Below are positions 47,952-57,288 of a stretch of DNA of 64,000 bases, one piece after another. Position numbers and translations under genes: made by a program. The notes under the pieces are model-generated. The model saw only the letters and a program-made list of their open reading frames with translations, was not told the origin of the DNA and searched no databases. This DNA comes from Planctomycetota bacterium (GTDB lineage: Bacteria > Planctomycetota > B15-G4). Positions within the stretch are counted from its first letter, which is position 1, and the number at the start of each line of letters is the position of its first letter. The stretch spans positions 2,336,001 through 2,400,000 of the forward strand of contig CBDFJQ010000002.1 of the NCBI GenBank assembly GCA_965248575.1. The letters run 5' to 3'.

Positions 47952-47998
47952 GAGCCCGGGCGACGCCTCCATGGGGTGTCGCCCGGGCTTGCGTTTTT
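47952..47998 (+). terminator. Rho-independent terminator
   Basis: GAGCCCGGGCGACGCC / GGTGTCGCCCGGGCTT stem followed by GCGTTTTT, between convergent genes. Confidence 0.75.
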
Positions 47999-48008
47999 CT
48001 CCGGATGC

Positions 48009-49232
48009 TCAGCTGTCCAGGTAGCCGACGAAGCCAGGCATGCCGTCGAAGAGTTCGCTTGCCTTCCAGCCGAGCCAGCGCTCTGCGGCCTCCCCGAAAA
48101 CCGACCGCTGGTCGATGCGCGATCGCACATCTCCATCCTCCAGCGTGACCAGATCGGTGGGAGGCCCGTGCAGGCCGCCCATCACGCCGCCCCCGAGGGC
48201 GAACAGGGGTGCCGCCGCCCCGTGGTCGGTTCCCCCGCTTCCGTTCTCGGCCACTCGTCGCCCGAACTCGCTGTAGATCAGCAGCAGGGTCCTGCGGTGC
48301 GAATCGTCCCTTTGCAGGTCACTCATGAATGCCGTGGTCGCGCTGGCCACCTGCCCCAACAGGGCTGCATGGGTCCCCGCCTGGACGGCGTGCGTGTCGA
48401 AGCCGCCCAAGCTGGTCCACTGCACGCGCGGGCCACCTTCGGCGCGCACGAGCCTGGCGGCCATGGAGAGGCGCTGGCCAAGAGGGTTGTCCGGATAGCC
48501 GCCACCCGTGGGCACGTTCTCCAGCAAGTCCTCGATACGGGCCGAGAGCTCGTACGCTCCCCGGGCCACCTGCGACACACGCGATCCGAGCGCCGAACGC
48601 GCAGCCTGGCCAGAACCAGGTGGCGCGGCCAACGCATGCACATCGGTCCCGGAACCTGAGGGAGCAGCCGGAACAGCGAGGGCGTCCAGCGCACCAAGGG
48701 TCAGCCCCGTACGTCGTCGCCCCTTCAGGATGAGAGGCGCTTCCTCCGCACCCAACGCGATGCCGGGCAGTGAATCGGCCCTGCCTTCATCCAGGGCACG
48801 CCCCACCCAGCCAGTCCCGCGGTCGGCTTCTGCTCGCCGCCCCGCGTGCAGGATGTCGCGCGCGACGAAGTGCGAACGGTCAGGTCGCTCGAGCCCAACG
48901 TCCCGCAGAATGGCCAGGTGGCCCTCGTCGTACACACGCGCCCAGGGCGAAAGCGAGGGGTGCAACCCCGTCAGCTCGTCCAAGGGGACCAGGCTGTCCT
49001 TGGCCAGGGCGAGGCGCGGGCGCGCGCGGCGGTAGACGTCGTCTTCAAAGGGCACGACGGTGTTGAGCCCATCGTTGCCACCCTCCAGGAACAACAACAC
49101 CAAGCGCTTGTCATGAGCGCTGGGCAGTGCTCGCCCAGGAACCAGTGAACGCCAGGGAAGGGCGGGGAGCACGCTGGCAGAAGCGCTGGCTGCCAAGAGC
49201 TGAAGCGCACGTCGGCGAGAGAGGTTCGTCAT
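48009..49232 (-). CDS. DUF1501 family protein (Tat signal)
   Basis: SRRRALQ Tat-like signal; LEGGNDGLNTVVP, PDRSHF, GGFDTH, YSEFGRRVAENGSGGTDHG. Confidence 0.92.
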   Translation of the reverse strand: MTNLSRRRALQLLAASASASVLPALPWRSLVPGRALPSAHDKRLVLLFLEGGNDGLNTVVPFEDDVYRRARPRLALAKDSLVPLDELTGLHPSLSPWARVYDEGHLAILRDVGLERPDRSHFVARDILHAGRRAEADRGTGWVGRALDEGRADSLPGIALGAEEAPLILKGRRRTGLTLGALDALAVPAAPSGSGTDVHALAAPPGSGQAARSALGSRVSQVARGAYELSARIEDLLENVPTGGGYPDNPLGQRLSMAARLVRAEGGPRVQWTSLGGFDTHAVQAGTHAALLGQVASATTAFMSDLQRDDSHRRTLLLIYSEFGRRVAENGSGGTDHGAAAPLFALGGGVMGGLHGPPTDLVTLEDGDVRSRIDQRSVFGEAAERWLGWKASELFDGMPGFVGYLDS

Positions 49233-50593
49233 GAGAGATGAGCCTCCGGCAGGCAAAGAGCAGCGTGGATCAGGTCCCTGCGGTGGTCAGTCGCTGAATC
49301 GTGCGCAGGCACGGCCGTTCGGAGGGCAGCGGCGCAGGAGTGCTCCAGATCTCCGAGGCCCGCGAGTTCCAGGGCGCGCCGCACGTCGTTTCCTTCGGAT
49401 GCCTTGCCGAACAAGCGTGACAGGACTCCGCCCCCCGATTCGGCGAAGAGCTCCTGGATGCGCTCGGCGCCCAGGGAACTCGCGTGACGGGAGGCGAAAC
49501 GCGTCCGGGCGATCCACGCGGCTGCGTGAATCCACGCTTCGCCACCTGCCCAACCTTGCACTCCTGGCGGCTCGAAGAGTTTCTGGCCCATTTCTTCACA
49601 GGCCGTGGCCGCCTGCCGGTAGTTGGGGTGGCCACCCGATGCTCGCAACGCCCCGACCACCCATTCCACGGGGGACTTCACGAGCGAGCGCTGGGCGTCT
49701 GCCGAATAGAAAGCCTTCGAGTGGAACAGCAACTTCAACAGTTTGCCGAGCTCCAGCTCTGGTCCCCACTGCTCCACGACCCGCGCCAGCACCTCCGGAG
49801 GCGGCTCCGGCGAAACATAGGCACGCCAGACCTTGTCGGCCAGGAAGGTCGCACAGCGGGCGGAGCTGGTGGCGACCTGGCACAGGTCATCGCCAACTTG
49901 GATCGCGGTGCCCAGCACATGCTTCTCGCGCGGGTCGTGATGGTCGGCAACCATCTGGAAGGCACCGGCGCGGATCGTCCAACCTGTCAGGGCGCGCGCC
50001 GCCTCCTTGACGTCCTGTTCGCTGTAGTGCCCCACGCCGAGGGTGAAGAGTTCGAGCACCTCGCGGGCGAGGTTCTCGTTCGGTGCACTGCGACGGTTCT
50101 TGTCGCCGTCCAGGAAGCGAAGCATCGCGGGGCCCCGCAGCACCTCTCGCAGCAGGGAACCGAAGGGCCCACTCCCATGACGCACGAACAACTGATGCTG
50201 ATCAAGGAGCGCACCCAGGTCCTCGACTTTCGACTGGGTGCAGGCGAAGTGATCATGCAGAAACAGCGCGAGCCTGCTTCCCGTGGCCCGTTGGTCACTG
50301 ACCAGCTTCATGATCCACCAAGCAGCCAGGTCCTCTCGCCCACCGCCTCGCGCCAGGGTGGCCCCGGTGTGTGCCCATCCTCGCTCCACGGCAGAATCCC
50401 CGTGGATAAAGAGGCGATCCACGGCATGACTGGGCGAGAGAGCCACGCACTCGGCGAGCTCGAGCGGGCTGTAGCCGCCCAACGCACGACGAAGCAGGTG
50501 CGCCGCCTGTGCCGGGGACCACGGCCCGTCATAGGCAGCCAGGGCCTCTGCAGGGTCCTCAGGTAGCGCGACGCCTCTCACCGCCTGGCTCAC
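49229..50593 (-). CDS. DUF1800 family protein
   Basis: AAHLLRR, PAMLRFLD, PNENLAREVLELFTLG, EAARALTGW, PPGVQGW; start and stop overlap both neighbours. Confidence 0.92.
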   Translation of the reverse strand: MSQAVRGVALPEDPAEALAAYDGPWSPAQAAHLLRRALGGYSPLELAECVALSPSHAVDRLFIHGDSAVERGWAHTGATLARGGGREDLAAWWIMKLVSDQRATGSRLALFLHDHFACTQSKVEDLGALLDQHQLFVRHGSGPFGSLLREVLRGPAMLRFLDGDKNRRSAPNENLAREVLELFTLGVGHYSEQDVKEAARALTGWTIRAGAFQMVADHHDPREKHVLGTAIQVGDDLCQVATSSARCATFLADKVWRAYVSPEPPPEVLARVVEQWGPELELGKLLKLLFHSKAFYSADAQRSLVKSPVEWVVGALRASGGHPNYRQAATACEEMGQKLFEPPGVQGWAGGEAWIHAAAWIARTRFASRHASSLGAERIQELFAESGGGVLSRLFGKASEGNDVRRALELAGLGDLEHSCAAALRTAVPAHDSATDHRRDLIHAALCLPEAHLS

Positions 50594-52302
50594 CGGCTCG
50601 TCATCGCAAACGAGAGCTCGAATCGATCGCTCTGCAAACCCGCATCCAACTGCACATCGTCGAACAGCTCGGTCGCAGCAAACAAGCGCTCCACGAAACC
50701 CTGCGCAGCGAGCAGGTCTCCACCATCCTCCAGCAGGCGCTGTGCGAAGAATATCTCCTCGTTGGCCTCGATCAATTGGCGGGTGGGCCCCATGTCGATT
50801 CGCAGCGTGTCCCGGTCGACCTCGACCACGTGCGTCTCTGCCGCCGCGATATCCTCTAGCAGCGCTGCGCTGCTCCCGAGCCACAGACGACCGTCCCGAT
50901 GCACGAGCAAACCGGGACTCAGGTTGGCCCGGGCCGTTCGCTTGGGCGCCTCGCCCGCTGACTCCCGGTAGCGAGCCGCATAGAGCCGCGAGCCGTCGTC
51001 GAGCAACTCCATGTCCGGCTGCAGCATGGAGCGCGTGGCGTCGTTCCCTCCATCGAAGTTGGTGAAGGTCACCACCGCGAAGAAGGCATTGACGAAAGCC
51101 TGGTGGTAGTCCTCCGGGTGCCCGCTGCGCGGAGTGAGGCCGAGCGCACCAGCCGGAAACTCGGGCTCCGGCGCGGCTCGATCGAAGCGGTTCCGGTCCA
51201 GCACCAACACCAGCTCCGGCTCAAGCCAGGCCATGATCTCCGAGCCGAGATCGCGCTGAAAGACAACGCTCAGATTTCCATCCGCCTCGATGGATTCGGC
51301 GACACCACCTTCGGACACAAAGTCGTCCCGGGCCGTCCACCACGGACCCAGGTCACGCTGGAAGATCAGGGTGGCCAGGCGAGAGGAGGTCTTGGGCAGG
51401 GCAACCGTGGTAGGCGCGGGCAAGAGCGGCGCATGGGTTCGGCGCAATTCCTCCGGAACGGCGGGAGTCAGAGCGTAGGCAGAGAGCCCGGCCTCACCGA
51501 ACTCCAGTTTGGCGGCTGCCCACGGTGCCGTGCGCAGAGCCGCTGACAACCCACCCACCAGGAAAGAGGCCGCCACATCCTGAGCCTTCTCAGGAATCCC
51601 AGGAGATGTCTGGAAGGCGGCGCCCCGAGCCCAGACGCGGATGTCACCATTCCCCAACATGCTGCGCGCCGAGCGATAGTCGGGATCGCCCGCCAGGGAC
51701 GTCTCGCCCGCCCCCACATCGTTCAGCGCCTCAGCGGAGCTGCCCACGAGAAAGAGGTCGTCACGCCGCTCCACAAGCACCTCGCCCAAGGGAAGGCGCC
51801 ACTCAGCCCCTGAGACTCGCGTGGTACCCAGGGTCATCAAGGTGAGCAGACCATTGAAGGCCCGCTGCACGGCTTCTGCGTTCCGCGCGCGAAAGAGGAC
51901 GAGCGTCTGCGGCTGCTCGCTCCCAGCCGCAGGGGGCAGGAGCCCCAGAGCAGAACCGCCACCGGTGAGCGCGTCCACCAACTCCAGCTCGGTAGTCCCG
52001 GCAGCTGCGGCCAGGGCGGTCAACCCGGTGAGAGCCTTTTGGATCTCAGGAGATGTGTCCACCGCCTCACCGAGGGGACCGGCTTCGAAGCGCAGCCACG
52101 CGGGAAGCGCCATGAGCTTTCCCAAGGACGCACCCAGGTCCGAAGCGTCCACCGCGATCAACGTCTCGACGGGCAGCAGTGTGACCAGGCTGTGGTCTGC
52201 GGCCTGCCGGGATGCCCTCGCTGAGTCCTGAGCTGAGAGGGGAACGGCTGCCGTGAGCAGCATGAGAGCGAGAGAGAAGACGACGTTCGCGCGGCGCATC
52301 AT
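50590..52302 (-). CDS. Secreted hypothetical protein (possibly DUF3352-like), first gene of the DUF1800/DUF1501 operon
   Basis: Signal peptide ...AVPLSAQ; its stop overlaps the DUF1800 GTG. Confidence 0.7.
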   Translation of the reverse strand: MMRRANVVFSLALMLLTAAVPLSAQDSARASRQAADHSLVTLLPVETLIAVDASDLGASLGKLMALPAWLRFEAGPLGEAVDTSPEIQKALTGLTALAAAAGTTELELVDALTGGGSALGLLPPAAGSEQPQTLVLFRARNAEAVQRAFNGLLTLMTLGTTRVSGAEWRLPLGEVLVERRDDLFLVGSSAEALNDVGAGETSLAGDPDYRSARSMLGNGDIRVWARGAAFQTSPGIPEKAQDVAASFLVGGLSAALRTAPWAAAKLEFGEAGLSAYALTPAVPEELRRTHAPLLPAPTTVALPKTSSRLATLIFQRDLGPWWTARDDFVSEGGVAESIEADGNLSVVFQRDLGSEIMAWLEPELVLVLDRNRFDRAAPEPEFPAGALGLTPRSGHPEDYHQAFVNAFFAVVTFTNFDGGNDATRSMLQPDMELLDDGSRLYAARYRESAGEAPKRTARANLSPGLLVHRDGRLWLGSSAALLEDIAAAETHVVEVDRDTLRIDMGPTRQLIEANEEIFFAQRLLEDGGDLLAAQGFVERLFAATELFDDVQLDAGLQSDRFELSFAMTSR

Positions 52303-52498
52303 GAGTGCTCCCTGGTTTGGAATCGGCTCTCTATGCGCAGAGGCTACTTCGGATTGCGCTCCGTTCTCAGTTCGCTTGAAATTCGCACCCACCCCTCTCG
52401 GCCACCACCAAACGTCACAACGCCTCCGGAGGCCTCGAACCCTTGTCGAGAGCCGGTCGGCGACGCCTTACGGCGCCTGAGTGACGCGAGGCTTCTGA

Positions 52499-53746
52499 CT
52501 AGAAGAAGTTGGGCGTCTCCACGATCAAGGTCGCGAAATACTTGTCGATGCTCTTGGACTTGAAGCCGAACAACTGAGCCTGGATCAGAAGGGCCGCCCA
52601 GCGCGCCTTGTTCGCCCGATTGGCCAGGGCCTTGTTGGACGATTTGTCCTTCTTCTCCAGCTTGGCCGCCAACTTGGAGCTCTTGTTCAACCGCTTCATG
52701 CCCTTCGTGATGCTGCGATCGGCGAGCTTCACCTCGGCCGACTCGTGGATCGTGCCCTTGGACATGGCGTCCGCCAGGGCGTCCTCCGCGGCCTCGAGGA
52801 AGAAGAGCCCGATATCGAGGTAGAAATTCACGAGCGCCGGATCGCTTCCCAGCTGAGCGTTGACCCACGCCGTTTCGATGTACGAGAGCGCCACCGCCGC
52901 GTTCATCGCGGCCGGCACTTCATCCCCGCCAGCGATCATGTTCTCGCTGCGAATGAAGAGGTTCCGGAAGAACATCTGCGCACCCTTGTCGAGGTCATGG
53001 GCACCGAAGGACATGGAGAACGGAACGCCGCCAGGGATGGGTACGGCATCGTTGAAGTTGAAGAACACACCTTCCTCGAAGTCGCCCCCTGGGTTGGCCG
53101 AGAGGAAGCGACCCTTTTCGTCCCAGAACATGTGCAGGGCGATCTCGGTCACGCCTGCAAAGATCACCGGCATTCCCAGCGGTCCCGCCTGGTCCTCAGC
53201 GCTGACGCTGAGACCCTGACTGGCGTCGTCCCAGGTTGCGGTCACGCGTAGGGACAGCGGGACACCCTCGCCCACGTCCGCGAACTGGCTGATCTCGAAG
53301 TAGCCGGCCGACTGCCCATCGACGAGGCCGCCTTTCGAGGGGTCGACCTCGATCAGGATGCCGCTGTCAAAGCTGTCCGAGAACTCCCGGCCATAGGTCA
53401 GTTGATGGTAGGCGCCGTCCTTCTTGGCGCGCATCAGCAAGCGCTTGATCTTCTTGCCTACCGCGTCGCTGAAGTAACCAGACTTGACGACGCTCATGTC
53501 CTTGGGATCAGCATCGTCGGGGTCGGGCTCAAACGGCAGGCCCGGGAAGGACAGGTCGAGGATGGTGACCCCCACCTCGCCGAAGGACTGCATGCCGCCA
53601 GCTTCTTCGATGGGGTTCGTAGGAATGCAGAAGCCGCCCGGACAGCAGATGACGCTGAAGCCATCCACGGCCCCGGCGCTCGCCAACCACGAGAGGATCA
53701 GGAGGTTGATGAGCCGATTGAAGGACAAGCTGGTGAGCATGTTCAT
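52499..53746 (-). CDS. Secreted hypothetical protein, acidic N-terminal part and Lys-rich helical C-terminus
   Basis: Hydrophobic N-terminus LINLLILSWLASAGA; start uncertain (53746 or 53740). Confidence 0.65.
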   Translation of the reverse strand: MNMLTSLSFNRLINLLILSWLASAGAVDGFSVICCPGGFCIPTNPIEEAGGMQSFGEVGVTILDLSFPGLPFEPDPDDADPKDMSVVKSGYFSDAVGKKIKRLLMRAKKDGAYHQLTYGREFSDSFDSGILIEVDPSKGGLVDGQSAGYFEISQFADVGEGVPLSLRVTATWDDASQGLSVSAEDQAGPLGMPVIFAGVTEIALHMFWDEKGRFLSANPGGDFEEGVFFNFNDAVPIPGGVPFSMSFGAHDLDKGAQMFFRNLFIRSENMIAGGDEVPAAMNAAVALSYIETAWVNAQLGSDPALVNFYLDIGLFFLEAAEDALADAMSKGTIHESAEVKLADRSITKGMKRLNKSSKLAAKLEKKDKSSNKALANRANKARWAALLIQAQLFGFKSKSIDKYFATLIVETPNFF

Positions 53747-54029
53747 GAGGAGTTGTTCCACGATGTGCCGGCTGACATGCGATCGATCTCGGGCAGCCCC
53801 GGCCCTCGCAGTGTGCACCCCGAAACAGAGGTACGACTCGCTGCACGGCCTCAAGCAGAACGCCGCCCTTCCGAACCCCGAGTCTAGCAACGAGAGCAAC
53901 GCTCGTGTGTCTCCTCCAGGATCCTCACCCGTGAAGCGATTGCTGAAGTAAACTCGTCGGCCTTCTCCCGACCCGGCTCAGCGCTCATCCAAGCTGGCCG
54001 AGCTGGCCCATGCACCCCGGATTCCCGCC

Positions 54030-55661
54030 ATGTTCCGTTCTGCCCGTACTCGTCGCCCCCTGCTCCTCGCCTCTCTCCTGCTGGGGCTCGCCACGACGGC
54101 ACCCGCCCAGAGCCCGGCCCCCGGCCACCGACTCTACTCACCCTCCAGCGGGACCAACTCCATCTTGGTGGACAACCAAGGCACGGTGATCCACACCTGG
54201 CCGTCGAGCTTCAACGTCGGCAACACTCTCTATCTCGAAGACGGTGGCTCGCTGATCCGCACGATTCGAACCGGCGTCTCAGGCCCGGGCGGTGGCACCG
54301 GCGGAGGCATGCAGCGGCTGGCCCTGGACGGCACGCAGACTTGGCGCTTCGACTACGACACCGGTGGAAACATCCATCACCACGACGTCGAGCCCCTGCC
54401 CAACGGCAACGTGATGATGGTCGCCTGGGAACAGAAGACGGGCGCCGAGGCCATCGCTGCCGGGCGCAACCCAGCGCTCGTGGGAACCTCCTTCTTCCCG
54501 GACCACATCATCGAGGTGGAACGCACCGGGCCGACCACTGGCGCCATCGTCTGGGAATGGCACGTCTGGGACCACCTGATCCAGGACTTCGACGCGGGCG
54601 AGGGCAACTTCGGTGACCCCGCCCTGCACCCCGAGCTGCTCGACATCAACTACCCGGCCAACTTCGTGTCGGACTTCAACCACGTCAACAGCATCGACTA
54701 CGACCCGGTCAACGACTGGGTCGTCATCAGCTCCAACTTTCAGGACGAGTTCTGGATCATCGACCACAGCACGACGACGGCCGAGGCTGCGAGCCATAGC
54801 GGCGGCGACCATGGCAAGGGCGGCGACTTCCTCTACCGCTGGGGCAACCCCGAGTCCTATCGGGCTGGCACCGTGGCGGACAAGAAGCTGTTCCGGCAGC
54901 ACGGAGTGAAGTTCATTCCCGCAGGCCTGCCCGGTGAGGGCAACGTCTTGCTCTTCAACAACCAGATCGCCCCCTCGAGCCGCGTAGAAGAGATCGTGCT
55001 ACCGCTCGACGTCAGCGGCAACTTCATCCTCGACCCGAGTGGCATGTATGGGCCGACGGCCCCCGTCTGGACCTACCAGGACCCGGGCATGCAGTCCAAC
55101 ATCATGGGCAGCGCCGTCCGGCTCCCGAACAACAACACGCTGATCTCCTCGACGCTGCAGGGTCGGCTGTTCGAGATCACCACGGCCGGCGTGAACGTGT
55201 GGGAGATCAACCCGCCGGGAGGTACGGGCGGCGCCTTCCACGCCAGCTATACCGAGCGCAGCTTCTGGACAAACAAGCGTGAGCTCTCAGCCTTCACGCC
55301 GGGAGACTCCCTCGACTTCGACCTGATCGCCGGTTCGCAGTTCGCTGGCGACACCTACGTCGTGCTCGGTTCGGTGAACGGCACCTCGCCCGGCATCCCC
55401 TTGGGCGGCGGCCTGACCCTGCCGCTCGTCTTCGACTGGTACACCCAGTTGAGCTTCCAGATGGCGGGTTCTGCGACCTTCAACAACTTCATCGGCGTGC
55501 TCGATGGCCAAGGGCGCGGCACCGCCAGCCTGGTGGTCCCGCCGAGCCTGCCCGCGAGCGTGATCGGCATGCAGTTGAGCCACGCCTTCCTGATCACGGA
55601 TGCGGGCTTCAGCACCTTCAAGGCCGTCAGCAATGCGGAGAACGCCGTCTTCACGATGTAG
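54030..55661 (+). CDS. Arylsulfate sulfotransferase (ASST) family protein with variant CTD
   Basis: HHD, DFNHVNSIDY, QHGVKF, LLFNN; signal peptide; C-terminus ...FKAVSNAENAVFTM. Confidence 0.85.
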   Translation: MFRSARTRRPLLLASLLLGLATTAPAQSPAPGHRLYSPSSGTNSILVDNQGTVIHTWPSSFNVGNTLYLEDGGSLIRTIRTGVSGPGGGTGGGMQRLALDGTQTWRFDYDTGGNIHHHDVEPLPNGNVMMVAWEQKTGAEAIAAGRNPALVGTSFFPDHIIEVERTGPTTGAIVWEWHVWDHLIQDFDAGEGNFGDPALHPELLDINYPANFVSDFNHVNSIDYDPVNDWVVISSNFQDEFWIIDHSTTTAEAASHSGGDHGKGGDFLYRWGNPESYRAGTVADKKLFRQHGVKFIPAGLPGEGNVLLFNNQIAPSSRVEEIVLPLDVSGNFILDPSGMYGPTAPVWTYQDPGMQSNIMGSAVRLPNNNTLISSTLQGRLFEITTAGVNVWEINPPGGTGGAFHASYTERSFWTNKRELSAFTPGDSLDFDLIAGSQFAGDTYVVLGSVNGTSPGIPLGGGLTLPLVFDWYTQLSFQMAGSATFNNFIGVLDGQGRGTASLVVPPSLPASVIGMQLSHAFLITDAGFSTFKAVSNAENAVFTM

Positions 55662-55734
55662 AGAAGCAACATCGGCAGGGCGGATGGCCCGGTCGGGCTA
55701 GCCGCCCTGCCCAAGCGGCGATAGGCTTCTCTTC

Positions 55735-57150
55735 ATGTTGCTCCCGCATCTCTGTTCGAGTTTTGTCGCCCTGCTGGGCAAGGCCGCTTGGATCGGCGTC
55801 GGCGCCCTTGCACTCAGCGGCACGGCCTGGGCGGGAGAAACCTTCGATCGTCCGAACCTGCTGGTCATCGTCGCCGACGATGTGGGCGTCGACATCGTGG
55901 GAGCCTACGGAGAGCACCCGCAACCGGCGCTCACCCCCAACATCGACCGCCTGGCCAGCGATGGCGTCCTTTTCCGGACGGTGTGGGCCAACCCGAAATG
56001 TAGCCCCACGCGAGCGACGATCCTCACGGGCCGCTACGCCTTCCGGACAGGAATCGGAGAGGTGCTCAGCTTCTCCCCGACGCCCGGAGTCGCCCCGGAG
56101 TTTGGGCTCACACCAGATCAGATCACCCTGCCTCGGCTCCTGGCAGAGCGTGGCTACAACTCGGGCGCCATGGGCAAGTGGCACCTGGCGACGAACGAGA
56201 GCCTGGAGCAGGGGTTTCGGCACGCGGCCTACTCGGGCTTCCAGCTGCACGCCGGAACCATGCAGAACGCGGGCTACTTCATCTGGCAGAAGAACGTGGC
56301 CACGAAGTCCATGGACAGCCAGATCTTTGAAACGGGCTATTCGCCCAGCTCGAACGTGGACGACACGCTCAACTACATTGATCGCATGGGCGACGACCCG
56401 TGGTTCATCTGGCTCGCCTTCAACTCGGCGCACAGCCCCTGGCACCAACCGCCAGATGATCTGCTCAGCGCCGCCACCTTGGCAGGGATCCCGCCCGTGG
56501 TGAACCCTCCCATTCTCTACCGGGCCATGGTCGAAGCCATGGACTCCGAGATCGGCCGGTTGCTGGCGAGCCTGGCACCCGGTGTCCGGGAGCGGACGAT
56601 CGTCGTCGTCATGGGTGACAACGGAACACCCGGGCCCGCGGTCACCCTCCCCTCCACCCTGCCCGCGAAGGGCTCGCTCCGGGAAGGCGGCCTCCGCGTC
56701 CCGCTCATCATGTCGGGGCCCGGAATCGCCTCCCCCGGCCGCGAAGTCACGGCCTTGGTGAACAGCACGGACCTGCACGCCACGCTGCTAGAACTGGCAG
56801 GCGCCCGCCCCGCGGAAGGCACCGATTCCAACTCGCTGGTACCTCACCTGCTGGACCCGCACGCCGCAGCGCGACGCCACCAAATCTACGCCGAGCGCTT
56901 CCGGCCCAACGGCTTCAGCAACTACACCCTGCACGGCCGGACCATTCGCAGCGCCCGCTTCAAACTCGTGCGCAATGAGCTCACCGGCGGCGCGCAGTTC
57001 TACAACATCGCCCAAGACCCGGATCAGCAGTTGAACCTGATCGGCATGGGCATGCCGGCCCTGAGCCCGGTGGAGCAGGCGGCCTTCGACGAGCTGGAGC
57101 TGGCCCTCGCCGCCCATGTGACAAACGTGCCGGGCCCCCGGCAACGCTGA
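55735..57150 (+). CDS. Formylglycine-dependent sulfatase
   Basis: IVADD, CSPTR..ILTG, GKWHL, GDNG, KGSLREGGLRVP. Confidence 0.93.
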   Translation: MLLPHLCSSFVALLGKAAWIGVGALALSGTAWAGETFDRPNLLVIVADDVGVDIVGAYGEHPQPALTPNIDRLASDGVLFRTVWANPKCSPTRATILTGRYAFRTGIGEVLSFSPTPGVAPEFGLTPDQITLPRLLAERGYNSGAMGKWHLATNESLEQGFRHAAYSGFQLHAGTMQNAGYFIWQKNVATKSMDSQIFETGYSPSSNVDDTLNYIDRMGDDPWFIWLAFNSAHSPWHQPPDDLLSAATLAGIPPVVNPPILYRAMVEAMDSEIGRLLASLAPGVRERTIVVVMGDNGTPGPAVTLPSTLPAKGSLREGGLRVPLIMSGPGIASPGREVTALVNSTDLHATLLELAGARPAEGTDSNSLVPHLLDPHAAARRHQIYAERFRPNGFSNYTLHGRTIRSARFKLVRNELTGGAQFYNIAQDPDQQLNLIGMGMPALSPVEQAAFDELELALAAHVTNVPGPRQR

Positions 57151-57288
57151 AGAAGGCGACGAGGGTCGCCCCAAGGCATTCCTCAACACAGCCGCAGGGG
57201 ATTGGCCTATCGTCGACGATTCGTGAATCGGGCTCCACTCGGTCAACACGCCGGCTTGAGCCCACCCCCTCGGGTGTGGAGTGAGATC

